This document shows, in pieces, positions 1-9,251 of a DNA stretch of 32,000 bases; within the stretch, counting starts at the first letter, position 1, and each line of letters begins with the position of its first letter. Made by a program: the position numbers and the translations under genes. Origin of the DNA: Xylanibacter ruminicola 23 (GTDB lineage: Bacteria; Bacteroidota; Bacteroidia; Bacteroidales; Bacteroidaceae); contig NC_014033.1 in NCBI RefSeq assembly GCF_000025925.1, positions 2,940,001 to 2,972,000 on the forward strand. The letters are read 5' to 3'. The notes below the pieces were generated by a model, which worked only from the letters and a program-made list of their open reading frames with translations, did no database searches and was not told the origin of the DNA.

Positions 1-1668
1 CAGTGGTTCTACGATCGTTATCACATGTCGGCAGAACTGCCAAACAGCGACCCTGCTACACGTGGCGTAAACCGCAACTCATCGAAGACCTTCAACTGGA
101 ACCTCAACAACACGCTGACATGGGATCGCACCTTTGCTAATCTGCATCATGTCACAGTAACTCTGGCTCAGGAGGCTGAGGAGAACCGTTATTGGAGCGA
201 CAATATCTCTGCACGCAACATCACTCCTACCGATGTGCTTGGTTTCCACTATATCTCGGGTGCCAACAAGGAGCAGAGCTCATTCTCAACCAACGACACT
301 CACTACACAGCAGCCGCTTATCTGGGTCGTGTATTCTATGGTTTCATGGATCGCTACATGCTGACTGCTACTGTACGTCGTGACGGTTATTCAGCATTCG
401 GACAGAACAATCCTTGGGCCAACTTCTGGTCATTAGGTGCCAGCTGGGTTCTTTCTGAGGAAAAATTCGCTCAGGATTGGAAGTGGCTCGATATGGCTAA
501 GCTGCGTTTGAGTTATGGTACCAATGGTAACCGCTCACTCGCCGATACATATCTGGCTCTCTCTAACTTGGCTAACGGTGGTCTCTATGCTTACTATAAG
601 TACGGTTCAACCTCACAGGAGGTGCTCAATGCTTTGAGCGTAGACCGTCTGGGTAACCCCAACCTGGAGTGGGAGAAGACCTCATCATGGAACTTCGGTA
701 TCGACTTTGCCGTTCTCAACAAGCGTCTCTCTGGTAGCATTGATATCTACCACAAGAAGACCCACGATATGATTATGTCACAGCGCCTGCCAAACTTCAC
801 AGGTTTCAGCAGCATCACTACCAACCTTGGTGAGGTTACCAACACCGGTTTTGAAATTACGCTGAACACCAAGAATATCGAAACAAAGGACTTCAAGTGG
901 GGCACCTCTCTCGGATTCTCATACAATAAGAATAAGATTAAGCACCTGTACTACGAGTACGACGAGGATGGCAAGGAGATGGACGATACTAGCAACGGTT
1001 GGTTCATTGGCAAGCCTATCGGCGAAATCTGGTACTGGAAGACCGACGGCATCTGGCAGGCCAACGAGGCTGAGGAGGCTGCATTGGTGAACCAGAAACC
1101 TGGTGATCCAAAGGTTGTAAATGTTTATACCGAAGACGATAAGATTCTGGCCGACGGTACACGCGTACCTGTTTACAACGACAAGGACCGTGTTTACCAG
1201 GGTACTACCCAGCCACCAATCTACTGGAACATGCGTAACGATTTCCAGTACAAGGACTTCACCTTCTCGTTCTCAATGTACAGCTACATGGGCCACAAGA
1301 GCCTGAGCGGTAACTGGCTGAATGGCGATAACTCAGGTTCTATGTTCACTCAGACCTGTAATACCTACAAAAAGGAATACTGGACACCTGAGAACCCAAC
1401 CAACGAGTATGCTCGTCTGAACGCTGTTGGTCCTTCTGGTGTAACAGGTATTAATAAGCTCTACAACCGCAGCTTCGTACGTGTGGACAACATTACACTG
1501 GGTTACACTATCCCACGCGACATCACTAACAAGTGGGGTATCCAGCGTGTACATGTAACTGCCGGTATCCACAATGCATTCACTATCGACAGCTGGGAAT
1601 ATGGCGATCCTGAAACAGGAGGTTTTGCCAACCGTCAGTTCCAATTCGGTCTTAATGTAACACTTTAA
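1..1668 (+). CDS. SusC/RagA-family TonB-dependent outer-membrane transporter, C-terminal barrel portion (5' end lies outside the window)
   Basis: The frame is open from base 1 (QWFYDRYH precedes the ORF-track Met at 25), so the gene starts upstream of the window. The sequence is SusC-type barrel (LRLSYGTNGN, GNPNLEWEKTSSWNFGIDF, NITLGYTIP, terminal FQFGLNVTL). A SusD-like gene starts 13 nt after the stop. Confidence 0.9.
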   Translation, partial: QWFYDRYHMSAELPNSDPATRGVNRNSSKTFNWNLNNTLTWDRTFANLHHVTVTLAQEAEENRYWSDNISARNITPTDVLGFHYISGANKEQSSFSTNDTHYTAAAYLGRVFYGFMDRYMLTATVRRDGYSAFGQNNPWANFWSLGASWVLSEEKFAQDWKWLDMAKLRLSYGTNGNRSLADTYLALSNLANGGLYAYYKYGSTSQEVLNALSVDRLGNPNLEWEKTSSWNFGIDFAVLNKRLSGSIDIYHKKTHDMIMSQRLPNFTGFSSITTNLGEVTNTGFEITLNTKNIETKDFKWGTSLGFSYNKNKIKHLYYEYDEDGKEMDDTSNGWFIGKPIGEIWYWKTDGIWQANEAEEAALVNQKPGDPKVVNVYTEDDKILADGTRVPVYNDKDRVYQGTTQPPIYWNMRNDFQYKDFTFSFSMYSYMGHKSLSGNWLNGDNSGSMFTQTCNTYKKEYWTPENPTNEYARLNAVGPSGVTGINKLYNRSFVRVDNITLGYTIPRDITNKWGIQRVHVTAGIHNAFTIDSWEYGDPETGGFANRQFQFGLNVTL

Positions 1669-1681
1669 AATGTAGAATCGT

Positions 1682-3712
1682 ATGAAAATCAAAAAGAACA
1701 ATATACTCCGCGGAGGACTCATGTTAGCCCTTGCGGGAACCATGGTAGGATGTTCGGACGGCTTCCTTGAGCAGGATCCACTGTCATTCTATGAGCCAGC
1801 AACTACCTATAGCACGGAAGCCGGTCTGCAGGCTGCTTTGGCACAGTGCGACAAACAGTTAAAGACATACCGTATCGACGGTAACTGGAACAACGTTGGT
1901 ATCTTTACCAACTACCTGATGTCGGATGTAGGCATGTACGCCAAGACCGATATGGGTGGTGGCTTCCAGGACAACTTCGATGCCAAGCTCACACCAACCT
2001 CTGGTATGGCAAGTGGTGGCGATGCCAACTACATGCAGCGCTTCTGGGATCAGGGATTCAGCATGGTAAAATATGCCAATACCATCCTGACTTATATCGA
2101 TCAGGTGAAAGGTCTTGATGATGCTACTCGCGATGCTTATAAAGGTCGTGCATATTTCCATCGTGCCTACGCTTACTACAACCTGGCACTCCAGTTTGGC
2201 GATATTCCTTTGATAACAAAGCTAATCAGTGTGCCCAAGCGCAACTATACATCAAGCAGCAAGGAAGCTATCTTCAAGATGCTGGTTCACGATTTGGAGT
2301 TCGCTGTTCAGCACGTTCCCGCTCAGGCCAAAATGACCTATGTAGGACAGGTAAATCAGGAAGCATGTATGCACCTGCTTGTAAAGTGCTATCTCGCTGT
2401 TGGTGAGTATGCCAAGGCCGAGTCGGTAGCTACCGACCTGATTAACAACCACGGTTTAAAGCTGATGACCGAGAACTTTGGTACATGGCAGCCCTCTGGC
2501 GCCGAGAACACTTGGAAGGTAACACGTAACGTGGTTTGGGATTTGCACCGCACACCCAACATCGCTGATCCTGCCAACAAGGAGACCATCATGATGATCT
2601 CTAACTCGAACGACCAAGACTTCACTACCTATAATGTGATGCGTGCCTGCTTTGCTCACTGGAGTAATGGTATCATCCGCGATCCTCACGGACTGGGTGG
2701 TCCTGGTAAGAACATTGCCCGTAACAACTGGGAGTACAACGACACTCTCGACTGGGTACGTGCTGCCGGACGTGGTATTGCTGTGAACCGTACATCGTAC
2801 TATTACAACAAGACCATCTGGAACTACGACGGTGAGACCGACTGGCAGGACCTGCGCCACAACCGTAAGGTAGGTAACTGGATGGAGATGGAAGACTTTA
2901 AGTACAACAACAAGAGTTCAGACTGTTACGGCCAGAACTATCAGCTTTATGCTACCGAAGACTATGCAGATCCTTCAGATCCCTCAAAGATTCTCGTACA
3001 CAAGGGCGATATCCTCTGCTCTGACACCATCCGTAGCTGGTATCCTACTCCATTGTATCAGCTCTACATCCTTGATACTCCAAACGAAAACAATACTGGT
3101 GCCAACCAGTTCCAGGGTGCATCAGGTAAGGGTGCCAATGGCGATATGTACCTGTTCCGTCTGGCCGAGACTTATCTGCTGCGTGCAGAGGCTCGTTTCT
3201 ATCAGGGCAACGCCTCAGGCGCTGCTGAAGACGTGAATGCCATTCGTAAGCGTGCCAACGCCAAGAAGATGTACACCACAGTTACTATCGGCGACATTAT
3301 GTCGGAGCGCGCACGCGAGCTCTATCTCGAAGAGTTCCGCCAGGCAGAGATGGTACGTGTAAGCTGGTGTCTGGCTCGTAGTGGCAAACCCGATGAGTGG
3401 GGCAACACCTACGATCTGAATACTTGGGATAAGCAGGAAGGTACCGACCTGAACGGTGGTAGCTACTGGTATCGTCGCTGTGTTAACTACAACGTATTCA
3501 ACCATGACTATGGTAAGGGTCAGCAGGGTAACCAGACCTTCGAGTACAAGATTAACAAGCACAACTTGTTCTGGCCAGTTCCTAACTCGGCTATTACCGC
3601 CAACAACAAGGGAACACTTCGTCAGAACTATGGCTACGACGGCTATAATGAGAACATCCCCATGTTTACCAACTGGGAGGACGCTGTTGCCGATGAAGAA
3701 TCTGCAGATTAA
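1682..3712 (+). CDS. SusD/RagB-family nutrient-binding outer-membrane lipoprotein
   Basis: 676 aa. It has a lipoprotein signal with lipobox (LALAGTMVGC|SDGF), lies directly downstream of a SusC gene, and has typical SusD-like composition (LFRLAETYLLRAEARFYQGN, ERARELYLEEFR). Confidence 0.9.
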   Translation: MKIKKNNILRGGLMLALAGTMVGCSDGFLEQDPLSFYEPATTYSTEAGLQAALAQCDKQLKTYRIDGNWNNVGIFTNYLMSDVGMYAKTDMGGGFQDNFDAKLTPTSGMASGGDANYMQRFWDQGFSMVKYANTILTYIDQVKGLDDATRDAYKGRAYFHRAYAYYNLALQFGDIPLITKLISVPKRNYTSSSKEAIFKMLVHDLEFAVQHVPAQAKMTYVGQVNQEACMHLLVKCYLAVGEYAKAESVATDLINNHGLKLMTENFGTWQPSGAENTWKVTRNVVWDLHRTPNIADPANKETIMMISNSNDQDFTTYNVMRACFAHWSNGIIRDPHGLGGPGKNIARNNWEYNDTLDWVRAAGRGIAVNRTSYYYNKTIWNYDGETDWQDLRHNRKVGNWMEMEDFKYNNKSSDCYGQNYQLYATEDYADPSDPSKILVHKGDILCSDTIRSWYPTPLYQLYILDTPNENNTGANQFQGASGKGANGDMYLFRLAETYLLRAEARFYQGNASGAAEDVNAIRKRANAKKMYTTVTIGDIMSERARELYLEEFRQAEMVRVSWCLARSGKPDEWGNTYDLNTWDKQEGTDLNGGSYWYRRCVNYNVFNHDYGKGQQGNQTFEYKINKHNLFWPVPNSAITANNKGTLRQNYGYDGYNENIPMFTNWEDAVADEESAD

Positions 3713-3761
3713 AAGATTGTTCAGACATATTAAGGTAATTTGTTAGTATTTCTAAGGTGGA

Positions 3762-3798
3762 GGGGCGGCCTATAATCCTTTAGGCTGCCCCTTTTATT
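3762..3798 (+). terminator. Rho-independent terminator after the susC/susD pair
   Basis: The stem GGGGCGGCCTA (3762-3772) pairs with TAGGCTGCCCC (3781-3791), giving 11 bp with one G-T wobble and an 8-nt loop. TTTTATT follows. Confidence 0.6.
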
Positions 3799-3840
3799 AA
3801 AAAATCACCTACTGAATCGCGCTATTTAGAAAGTTATTTA

Positions 3841-3848
3841 TATCTTTG
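3841..3848 (+). promoter_or_regulatory. Bacteroidetes-type -7 promoter box (TATCTTTG) for the enzyme operon
   Basis: TATCTTTGc matches the Bacteroides sigma-A -7 consensus TAnnTTTG and lies 22 nt upstream of ATG 3870. I found no clean -33 TTTG at the 20-nt spacing. Confidence 0.45.
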
Positions 3849-3869
3849 CAACGAAAACTAACGAACAAT

Positions 3870-4985
3870 ATGAGAAAACTATTATTATTGGCATGTTTGC
3901 TGAGCACCATGATGGTTCAGGCCAAGCGATGGACTACCGACGAGGTAAAGGACATGATACGCCTGGTTAACACCTACTGGCAGACCAATAATCCGGCCGA
4001 GGTGCGCTCTTTCTGGGACAACGCCGCCTACCATACAGGTAATATGGAGGTGTACAAGTTGCTGCAGGATGAGCAGATGCTGAACTACAGCATTCGCTGG
4101 GCGGAACACAACCAGTGGAAAGGTGCCACCGAACCCAACCCCGCCAACTGGAAATACAAGAACTACGGTGAGGGACAGGACTATGTACTGTTTGGCGACT
4201 GGCAGATATGTTTCCAAACGTACATCGACCTTTACAACCTGGCCCCTGACGAGAAGAAAGTGGCTCGTGCCAAGGAAGTGCTGGGTTACGAGGCTGACTC
4301 GAAAGCCAACGACTACTGGTGGTGGGCCGATGCACTCTACATGGTGATGCCCGCACTCACTAAGATGTACAAACTGACTGGCGACACCAAGTATCTGCGC
4401 AAACTCTACGAAAACATCTGCTACAGCGATAGTATCATGCTCGACAAGGAGACTGGACTGTACTTCCGCGATGGCAAATACATCTACCCAAAGCACAAAA
4501 CCGCCAAGGGCAAGAAAGACTTCTGGGCACGTGGCGATGGTTGGGTGCTGGCCGGACTGGCCAAGGTGTTACAGGATATGCCCGAGACTTACGTCCGTCA
4601 GCCATTCTTTGTTGAGAAGTACGTGAACCTGGCACGCGGCGTGAAGAAGTTGCAGCAGCCACAGGGCCACTGGACCCGCTCGATGATGGACCCAGAGCAG
4701 GCGCCTGGCTATGAAACCAGCGGTACAGCCTTCTTCTGCTACGGCTTGTTGTGGGGCGTTAATCACGGTTATCTGTCGAAGAAGGAGTTTGCCACCACCA
4801 TCGATAAGGCGTGGAACTATCTCACCACCATCGCCCTGCAGAAGGACGGTAAGGTGGGTTACGTACAACCCATCGGCGAGCGCGCTATTCCCGGACAGAC
4901 AGTAGATGCCAACTCGCAGGCCAACTTTGGTGTTGGTGCCTTCCTGCTGGCCGCATGTGAATACGTGAAATACATTGGCCGATGA
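3870..4985 (+). CDS. GH105/GH88-family unsaturated rhamnogalacturonyl/glucuronyl hydrolase (YteR-like)
   Basis: I moved the start to ATG 3870, which gives the signal peptide MRKLLLLACLLSTMMVQA; the track start at 3846 is a TTG. The motifs DYWWWADALYMVMPALTKMYKLTGD and FWARGDGWVLAGLAKVL are characteristic of the (alpha/alpha)6 GH88/GH105 fold. Confidence 0.8.
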   Translation: MRKLLLLACLLSTMMVQAKRWTTDEVKDMIRLVNTYWQTNNPAEVRSFWDNAAYHTGNMEVYKLLQDEQMLNYSIRWAEHNQWKGATEPNPANWKYKNYGEGQDYVLFGDWQICFQTYIDLYNLAPDEKKVARAKEVLGYEADSKANDYWWWADALYMVMPALTKMYKLTGDTKYLRKLYENICYSDSIMLDKETGLYFRDGKYIYPKHKTAKGKKDFWARGDGWVLAGLAKVLQDMPETYVRQPFFVEKYVNLARGVKKLQQPQGHWTRSMMDPEQAPGYETSGTAFFCYGLLWGVNHGYLSKKEFATTIDKAWNYLTTIALQKDGKVGYVQPIGERAIPGQTVDANSQANFGVGAFLLAACEYVKYIGR

Positions 4986-6727
4986 ATCTGTTATTAACAA
5001 TAGCACTCGGTATAGCCAACCTGTTACCGCAGGCCGAGGATGCCTTTTGGCGCGACTCCATCCCTCAGGAGATGAAGCAAAGCTATACCGTATATGGCGA
5101 ACAGTATCTGGGCAAAGCGTGGACGGCTTTGCCCTGGACTGTTTTTGCCGAGAACAAGATAACCGGTAACCGCGTAAACTACGAGGGTATCTGTTTTGAG
5201 AAGCGCCGTCATCTGGCAGCCCTCGTGATGGCCGAGATTGTAGAGGGCAAGGGCCGGTTTATGAACGATATCATCGATGGAATCGGTAGTTTTTGCGAAG
5301 AAACCTGGTGGGGCATCCCCGCCCACTATGGCAAACGCATCCCCCTGCAGGAGATACAGGAGGTTGACTTGTTTAATGCCGAGACAGCCAGTTTGATTGT
5401 ATGGACACGCTATATGCTGGAGAAGCAGTTGGATGCCTTCTCGCCCGATATCTGTCAACGTATCGACCGAGAGGTAGAGCAGCGCATTCTGAAACCTGCC
5501 GTAGCCAACAACTACTGGTGGAAGACAGCAGGCATGAACTGGAACCCATGGATCTGCAGCAACTGGCTGGCCTGTGTGCTGATCTGTGAGAAGGACGAGG
5601 CCCGCAAAGCCGAAGCCATCGCCCAAATAGAAAAGGCCACCCATGCGTTTATCGACGCCTACCCCGAGGATGGCGGTTGCGATGAGGGTCCTGGCTATTG
5701 GGACCGCGCCGCAGCCTCGATGTTCGAGGTACTGAGATTACTGCCCGATGCCTCACATTTCGATGCGCAGGCCGAAAAAATAAAGAAAATGGCTGCTTAC
5801 AGCTATAAGACCTATATCGGGCATGATTACTGTGTGAACTTTGCCGATGCACACGAGAACAAGGCTGTGCAACAGGTAAACATCGTGTATCCATTCGGTT
5901 ACTGGCTGAACGATAAAACCATGCGCGAGTTTGGCGCTTACTTAGGACGAACCAAGCAAGTGCTGACCCAGCCTGCCAAGCTTTACGATAAGAGCGGCAA
6001 CTTCCCAACACTGGGGCGCGAGCTGTTCTTCTTACGAAATATTCGCGATTTCATCGCAGAAAAGCCCCAGGAGCCACTCATTAAGGATGCGTGGTTACCT
6101 AACCTACAGATTATGACTGCGCGCCGTGGTGGCCATTTTACGGCCTTTAAGGGCGGACACAACGGTGAGAGCCACAATCACAACGACGTGGGCTCGTTCA
6201 TAGTATATGTTGATGGCGAACCGCTGCTGATTGATCCAGGCGTGGGCGAATATACCGCCAAGACCTTCAGCAACAGTCGCTACGAGATATGGACCATGCA
6301 GTCGGGCTATCATAATCTGCCACAGATCAACGGTACCGACCAGCAGGACGGAAAGGCGTTCGGCGCCAAGGTGGTAAGTCACCAGAACGGAAAACTGACA
6401 CTCGACATTGCTGGAGCCTATCCCCAAGAGGCTGCAGTAAAATCGTGGAAACGCACCGTTACAGCCACTAAATCGGGTGTATCGGTAACCGAGGACTTTG
6501 AGCTAGATGCCTACAAAGCTCCTACCCGATTGATGCTGATGACCACCAACCGCGATGCGCTGAAGCACATCAGCTACAACGCCAACCAACTGGAAGCAGT
6601 TATCGAGGATATCAGCAACCAACTCGACCCGCTGCTGCAAGGCATGTGGGGAAAAGAGATGTACCGCATTGTACTAACGGTGAAATCGGCAAAAACTAAG
6701 CAACAAATCAAATATAGTATCAAATGA
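4982..6727 (+). CDS. Heparinase II/III-like family protein (polysaccharide-lyase fold, secreted)
   Basis: 581 aa with an N-terminal signal peptide. GHNGESHNHNDVGSFIVYVDGEPLLIDPG matches the Hepar_II_III C-terminal domain signature. Its ATG overlaps the upstream stop as ATGA (4982-4985). Confidence 0.8.
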   Translation: MNLLLTIALGIANLLPQAEDAFWRDSIPQEMKQSYTVYGEQYLGKAWTALPWTVFAENKITGNRVNYEGICFEKRRHLAALVMAEIVEGKGRFMNDIIDGIGSFCEETWWGIPAHYGKRIPLQEIQEVDLFNAETASLIVWTRYMLEKQLDAFSPDICQRIDREVEQRILKPAVANNYWWKTAGMNWNPWICSNWLACVLICEKDEARKAEAIAQIEKATHAFIDAYPEDGGCDEGPGYWDRAAASMFEVLRLLPDASHFDAQAEKIKKMAAYSYKTYIGHDYCVNFADAHENKAVQQVNIVYPFGYWLNDKTMREFGAYLGRTKQVLTQPAKLYDKSGNFPTLGRELFFLRNIRDFIAEKPQEPLIKDAWLPNLQIMTARRGGHFTAFKGGHNGESHNHNDVGSFIVYVDGEPLLIDPGVGEYTAKTFSNSRYEIWTMQSGYHNLPQINGTDQQDGKAFGAKVVSHQNGKLTLDIAGAYPQEAAVKSWKRTVTATKSGVSVTEDFELDAYKAPTRLMLMTTNRDALKHISYNANQLEAVIEDISNQLDPLLQGMWGKEMYRIVLTVKSAKTKQQIKYSIK

Positions 6728-7902
6728 TTAGACTACTACTTACTATAGTTTTGCTGGGTGCACTGACCAAAGGGGTCAGTGCCCAGCAACCAACCCTTAC
6801 GGTAACCAACCCAAGCGACTACCAACGTCAGGAGGTAGTAGAAGCCGACTTACAGACGGTATCTAACCGATTAGGCTTAAACGCAGGCGAGGCATTCATG
6901 ATTAAGAACGGCTTCGGCCAGGAGCAGGCTTACCAGCTATCGTACGATGGCAAGCTACTGATGTATGTGTCGGTTCAGCCCCACAGCAAAGCTGTATTCA
7001 CCATCGAGAAAGGACAGCCAGCTGCGATGAAATCGTATGTTTATGGAAGATTGTTCCCCGAACGTGCCGATGATATGACCTGGGAGAACGATCTGGGCAT
7101 CTATCGCATGTACGGTCCAGCCCTGCAGCGTAGCGGTGAGAAATCGTTCGGTACCGACGTATGGACCAAAAGCACCCCAGAACTGGTTTTAGAGAAACGT
7201 TATAAGATGCACCTGTGGGGTGTGGGACAACGCGACTCGCTGAAAAGAGCTGGCAAGTCAAAGGAGGCCAACGAGATATACCTGGGCACATCGTTCCACC
7301 ACGACCATGGTGAGGGAATGGATGTTTACTCTGTTGGTCCGAGTTTAGGTTGCGGCGCACCTGCACTGATGAAGAATGGCGAACTGGTATATCCTTATTG
7401 CTTTAAGGACTACAAGATACTGGACAACGGTCCGCTGCGTTTCACCGTAGAGCTGACCTACCATCCCAATAATGATGGCGCAACAGAGCACCGACTGGTG
7501 AGTCTGGATCGCGGTTCACATTACAACAAGATAACCGTATGGTACGACGGTATGAAACAGAAAACCGGCTGGGCTACAGGTGTGGTGCTGAATGGCGAGG
7601 GTGAGTTAGCGCTTGGCAAAGACTATGTGCTGTATGCCGACCCCACCGATAACCCAAAAGTAAACCAGTCGCAGATTTACGTGGGCACCTTGTTCCCTAA
7701 CGGTGTGGATGAAACCACCCGTCTTAACGGCAACAAGAACCACGCCTTGGGCATTGTGCGCCATTATAATGGCAAGCCCTATACCTATTATTTCGGCTCA
7801 GCCTGGAGCAGCAACGACGTGAAGACGATGGCCGAGTGGCAGCTTTTGGCCGACAACTATCTGAACAATATCAAGAATCCACTAATAACAGACATCAAAT
7901 GA
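6724..7902 (+). CDS. DUF4861-like secreted protein (family often linked to uronate/pectin loci)
   Basis: 392 aa with signal peptide MIRLLLTIVLLGALTKGVSA. WENDLGIYRMYGPALQ and FHHDHGEGMDVYSVGPSLGCGAPAL resemble DUF4861 as I remember it. There is an ATGA overlap with the upstream gene (6724-6727). Confidence 0.55.
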   Translation: MIRLLLTIVLLGALTKGVSAQQPTLTVTNPSDYQRQEVVEADLQTVSNRLGLNAGEAFMIKNGFGQEQAYQLSYDGKLLMYVSVQPHSKAVFTIEKGQPAAMKSYVYGRLFPERADDMTWENDLGIYRMYGPALQRSGEKSFGTDVWTKSTPELVLEKRYKMHLWGVGQRDSLKRAGKSKEANEIYLGTSFHHDHGEGMDVYSVGPSLGCGAPALMKNGELVYPYCFKDYKILDNGPLRFTVELTYHPNNDGATEHRLVSLDRGSHYNKITVWYDGMKQKTGWATGVVLNGEGELALGKDYVLYADPTDNPKVNQSQIYVGTLFPNGVDETTRLNGNKNHALGIVRHYNGKPYTYYFGSAWSSNDVKTMAEWQLLADNYLNNIKNPLITDIK

Positions 7903-9161
7903 AACGAACAACAACCTTGTTGGTATTAGCCCTGATGCTAGTAATACCAACGCAAGCCAAAAAGACAAAAACGCCAGAACAAACCGACCGTCAGTACTGG
8001 TGCTCGTTAGCCTACAAGATGGCCCAGCCCGTATTGGAGAATATGGCCAAGGGCGAGCTGCAGAAGAACATGAAGACAGAGTTCTCGCCCTCGTTTGATA
8101 ACCGCGACCGCTCGGTGGTATATATGGAAACCTTCGGACGCCTGATGGCTGGTGTAGCCCCTTGGCTCGCACTACCCGACGACAATACCGCTGAGAGCCA
8201 GCAGCGCCACCAACTGCGCGAGTGGGCATTAGCCTCGTATAAGAACGCTGTTGATCCTGCTTCGCCCGACTATCTGTGCTGGGGTAAGGCCGGACAGAAC
8301 CTGGTAGATGCCGCTTATATCGCCGAATCGTTCCTGCGCGCCTGGGACACCCTGTGGCAGCCGCTCGACGAGGTAACCAAGCAGCGTTACATCAAGGAGT
8401 TTCAGGCCTTAAGAAAGATCGACCCTCCCTATACCAACTGGTTCCTGTTCTCATCAACCATCGAGAGCTTGCTGGCTAAGGCTGGTGCTCAGTACGATGA
8501 GTTCCGTGTAAACACCACCTGCCGTAAGGTTGAAGAGTGGTACGTAGGCGATGGCTGGTATGCCGATGGCCCCGTGTTTGCTTTCGACTACTACAGCAGC
8601 TATGTGTTCCATGCGATGTATCTGGAGACTCTGCAGGCTATGGTAGATGCTAAGGCCAACACTCGTTTGGACTATCAGAAGTACTACGATCGCGCCCTGA
8701 AGCGTGCACAGAAGTACGCTATCATCCTGGAGCGATTCATATCGCCAGAGGGAACTTTCCCCGTAATTGGCCGCTCTATCCCCTATCGTACAGCCGCTAT
8801 GCAGACGTTGGCTTTGATAGCCTGGTATCAGAAGCTGCCTAAGGAACTGAGCAACGGACAGGTTCGCGCTGCCCTTACCAAGGTGCATCACCGTATGTTC
8901 GACTATCAGCAGAATTTTAACGATGCCGGTTATCTTACTATCGGTTTCTGCGGTTCACAGCCTGAGGTTGCCGACTGGTACACCAACAACGGTTCGCTTT
9001 ATCTCACCAGCTTGAGCTTGATGCCACTTGGTTTGCCAGCCGATCATCCTTTCTGGACCGATGCTGCTGAGCCTTGGACACAGGTAAAAGCCTGGAACGG
9101 ACAGAAGTTCCCTAAGGATCACCGCTGGGGTGATGATATCCGCACGCACGATAAGTGGTAA
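7899..9161 (+). CDS. DUF2264-like secreted protein
   Basis: I moved the start to ATG 7899 (MKRTTTLLVLALMLVIPTQA signal peptide), which overlaps the DUF4861 stop as ATGA (7899-7902). The track start at 7836 would lie inside the upstream gene. The GDGWYADGPVFAFDYYSSYVFH region resembles DUF2264. Confidence 0.5.
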   Translation: MKRTTTLLVLALMLVIPTQAKKTKTPEQTDRQYWCSLAYKMAQPVLENMAKGELQKNMKTEFSPSFDNRDRSVVYMETFGRLMAGVAPWLALPDDNTAESQQRHQLREWALASYKNAVDPASPDYLCWGKAGQNLVDAAYIAESFLRAWDTLWQPLDEVTKQRYIKEFQALRKIDPPYTNWFLFSSTIESLLAKAGAQYDEFRVNTTCRKVEEWYVGDGWYADGPVFAFDYYSSYVFHAMYLETLQAMVDAKANTRLDYQKYYDRALKRAQKYAIILERFISPEGTFPVIGRSIPYRTAAMQTLALIAWYQKLPKELSNGQVRAALTKVHHRMFDYQQNFNDAGYLTIGFCGSQPEVADWYTNNGSLYLTSLSLMPLGLPADHPFWTDAAEPWTQVKAWNGQKFPKDHRWGDDIRTHDKW

Positions 9162-9192
9162 TAATTCCCACACGCGGGAATAAAAAATGATA

Positions 9193-9222
9193 CACGGGCC
9201 GTCCAGATTTGGGCGGCCCGTG
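9193..9222. terminator. Strong hairpin between the two convergent operons; canonical terminator for the minus-strand susCD, possibly bidirectional
   Basis: CACGGGCCGTCC pairs with GGGCGGCCCGTG in a 12-bp stem (one G-T wobble) with loop AGATTT. The AATAAAAAATGATA upstream on the plus strand becomes a U-tract on the minus strand. A weaker hairpin TTCCC/GGGAA lies at 9165-9180. Confidence 0.65.
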
Positions 9223-9251
9223 CTAATAGAGAAAAACGGTTATCTAACTAA

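Noticed and set aside
25-1668. ORF-track start at Met 25 for the first gene
   Set aside because: The frame is open back to base 1, and a SusC barrel cannot start here. The gene is truncated by the window edge.
7836-7898. N-terminal extensions offered by the ORF track (7836 for the DUF2264-like gene, 3846 for the GH105-like gene, 21190 for panB, 27554 for abi)
   Set aside because: Three of the four track starts are TTG codons (7836 was not checked). They lie either inside the upstream gene or inside the promoter boxes. The downstream ATGs give proper signal peptides or N-termini.
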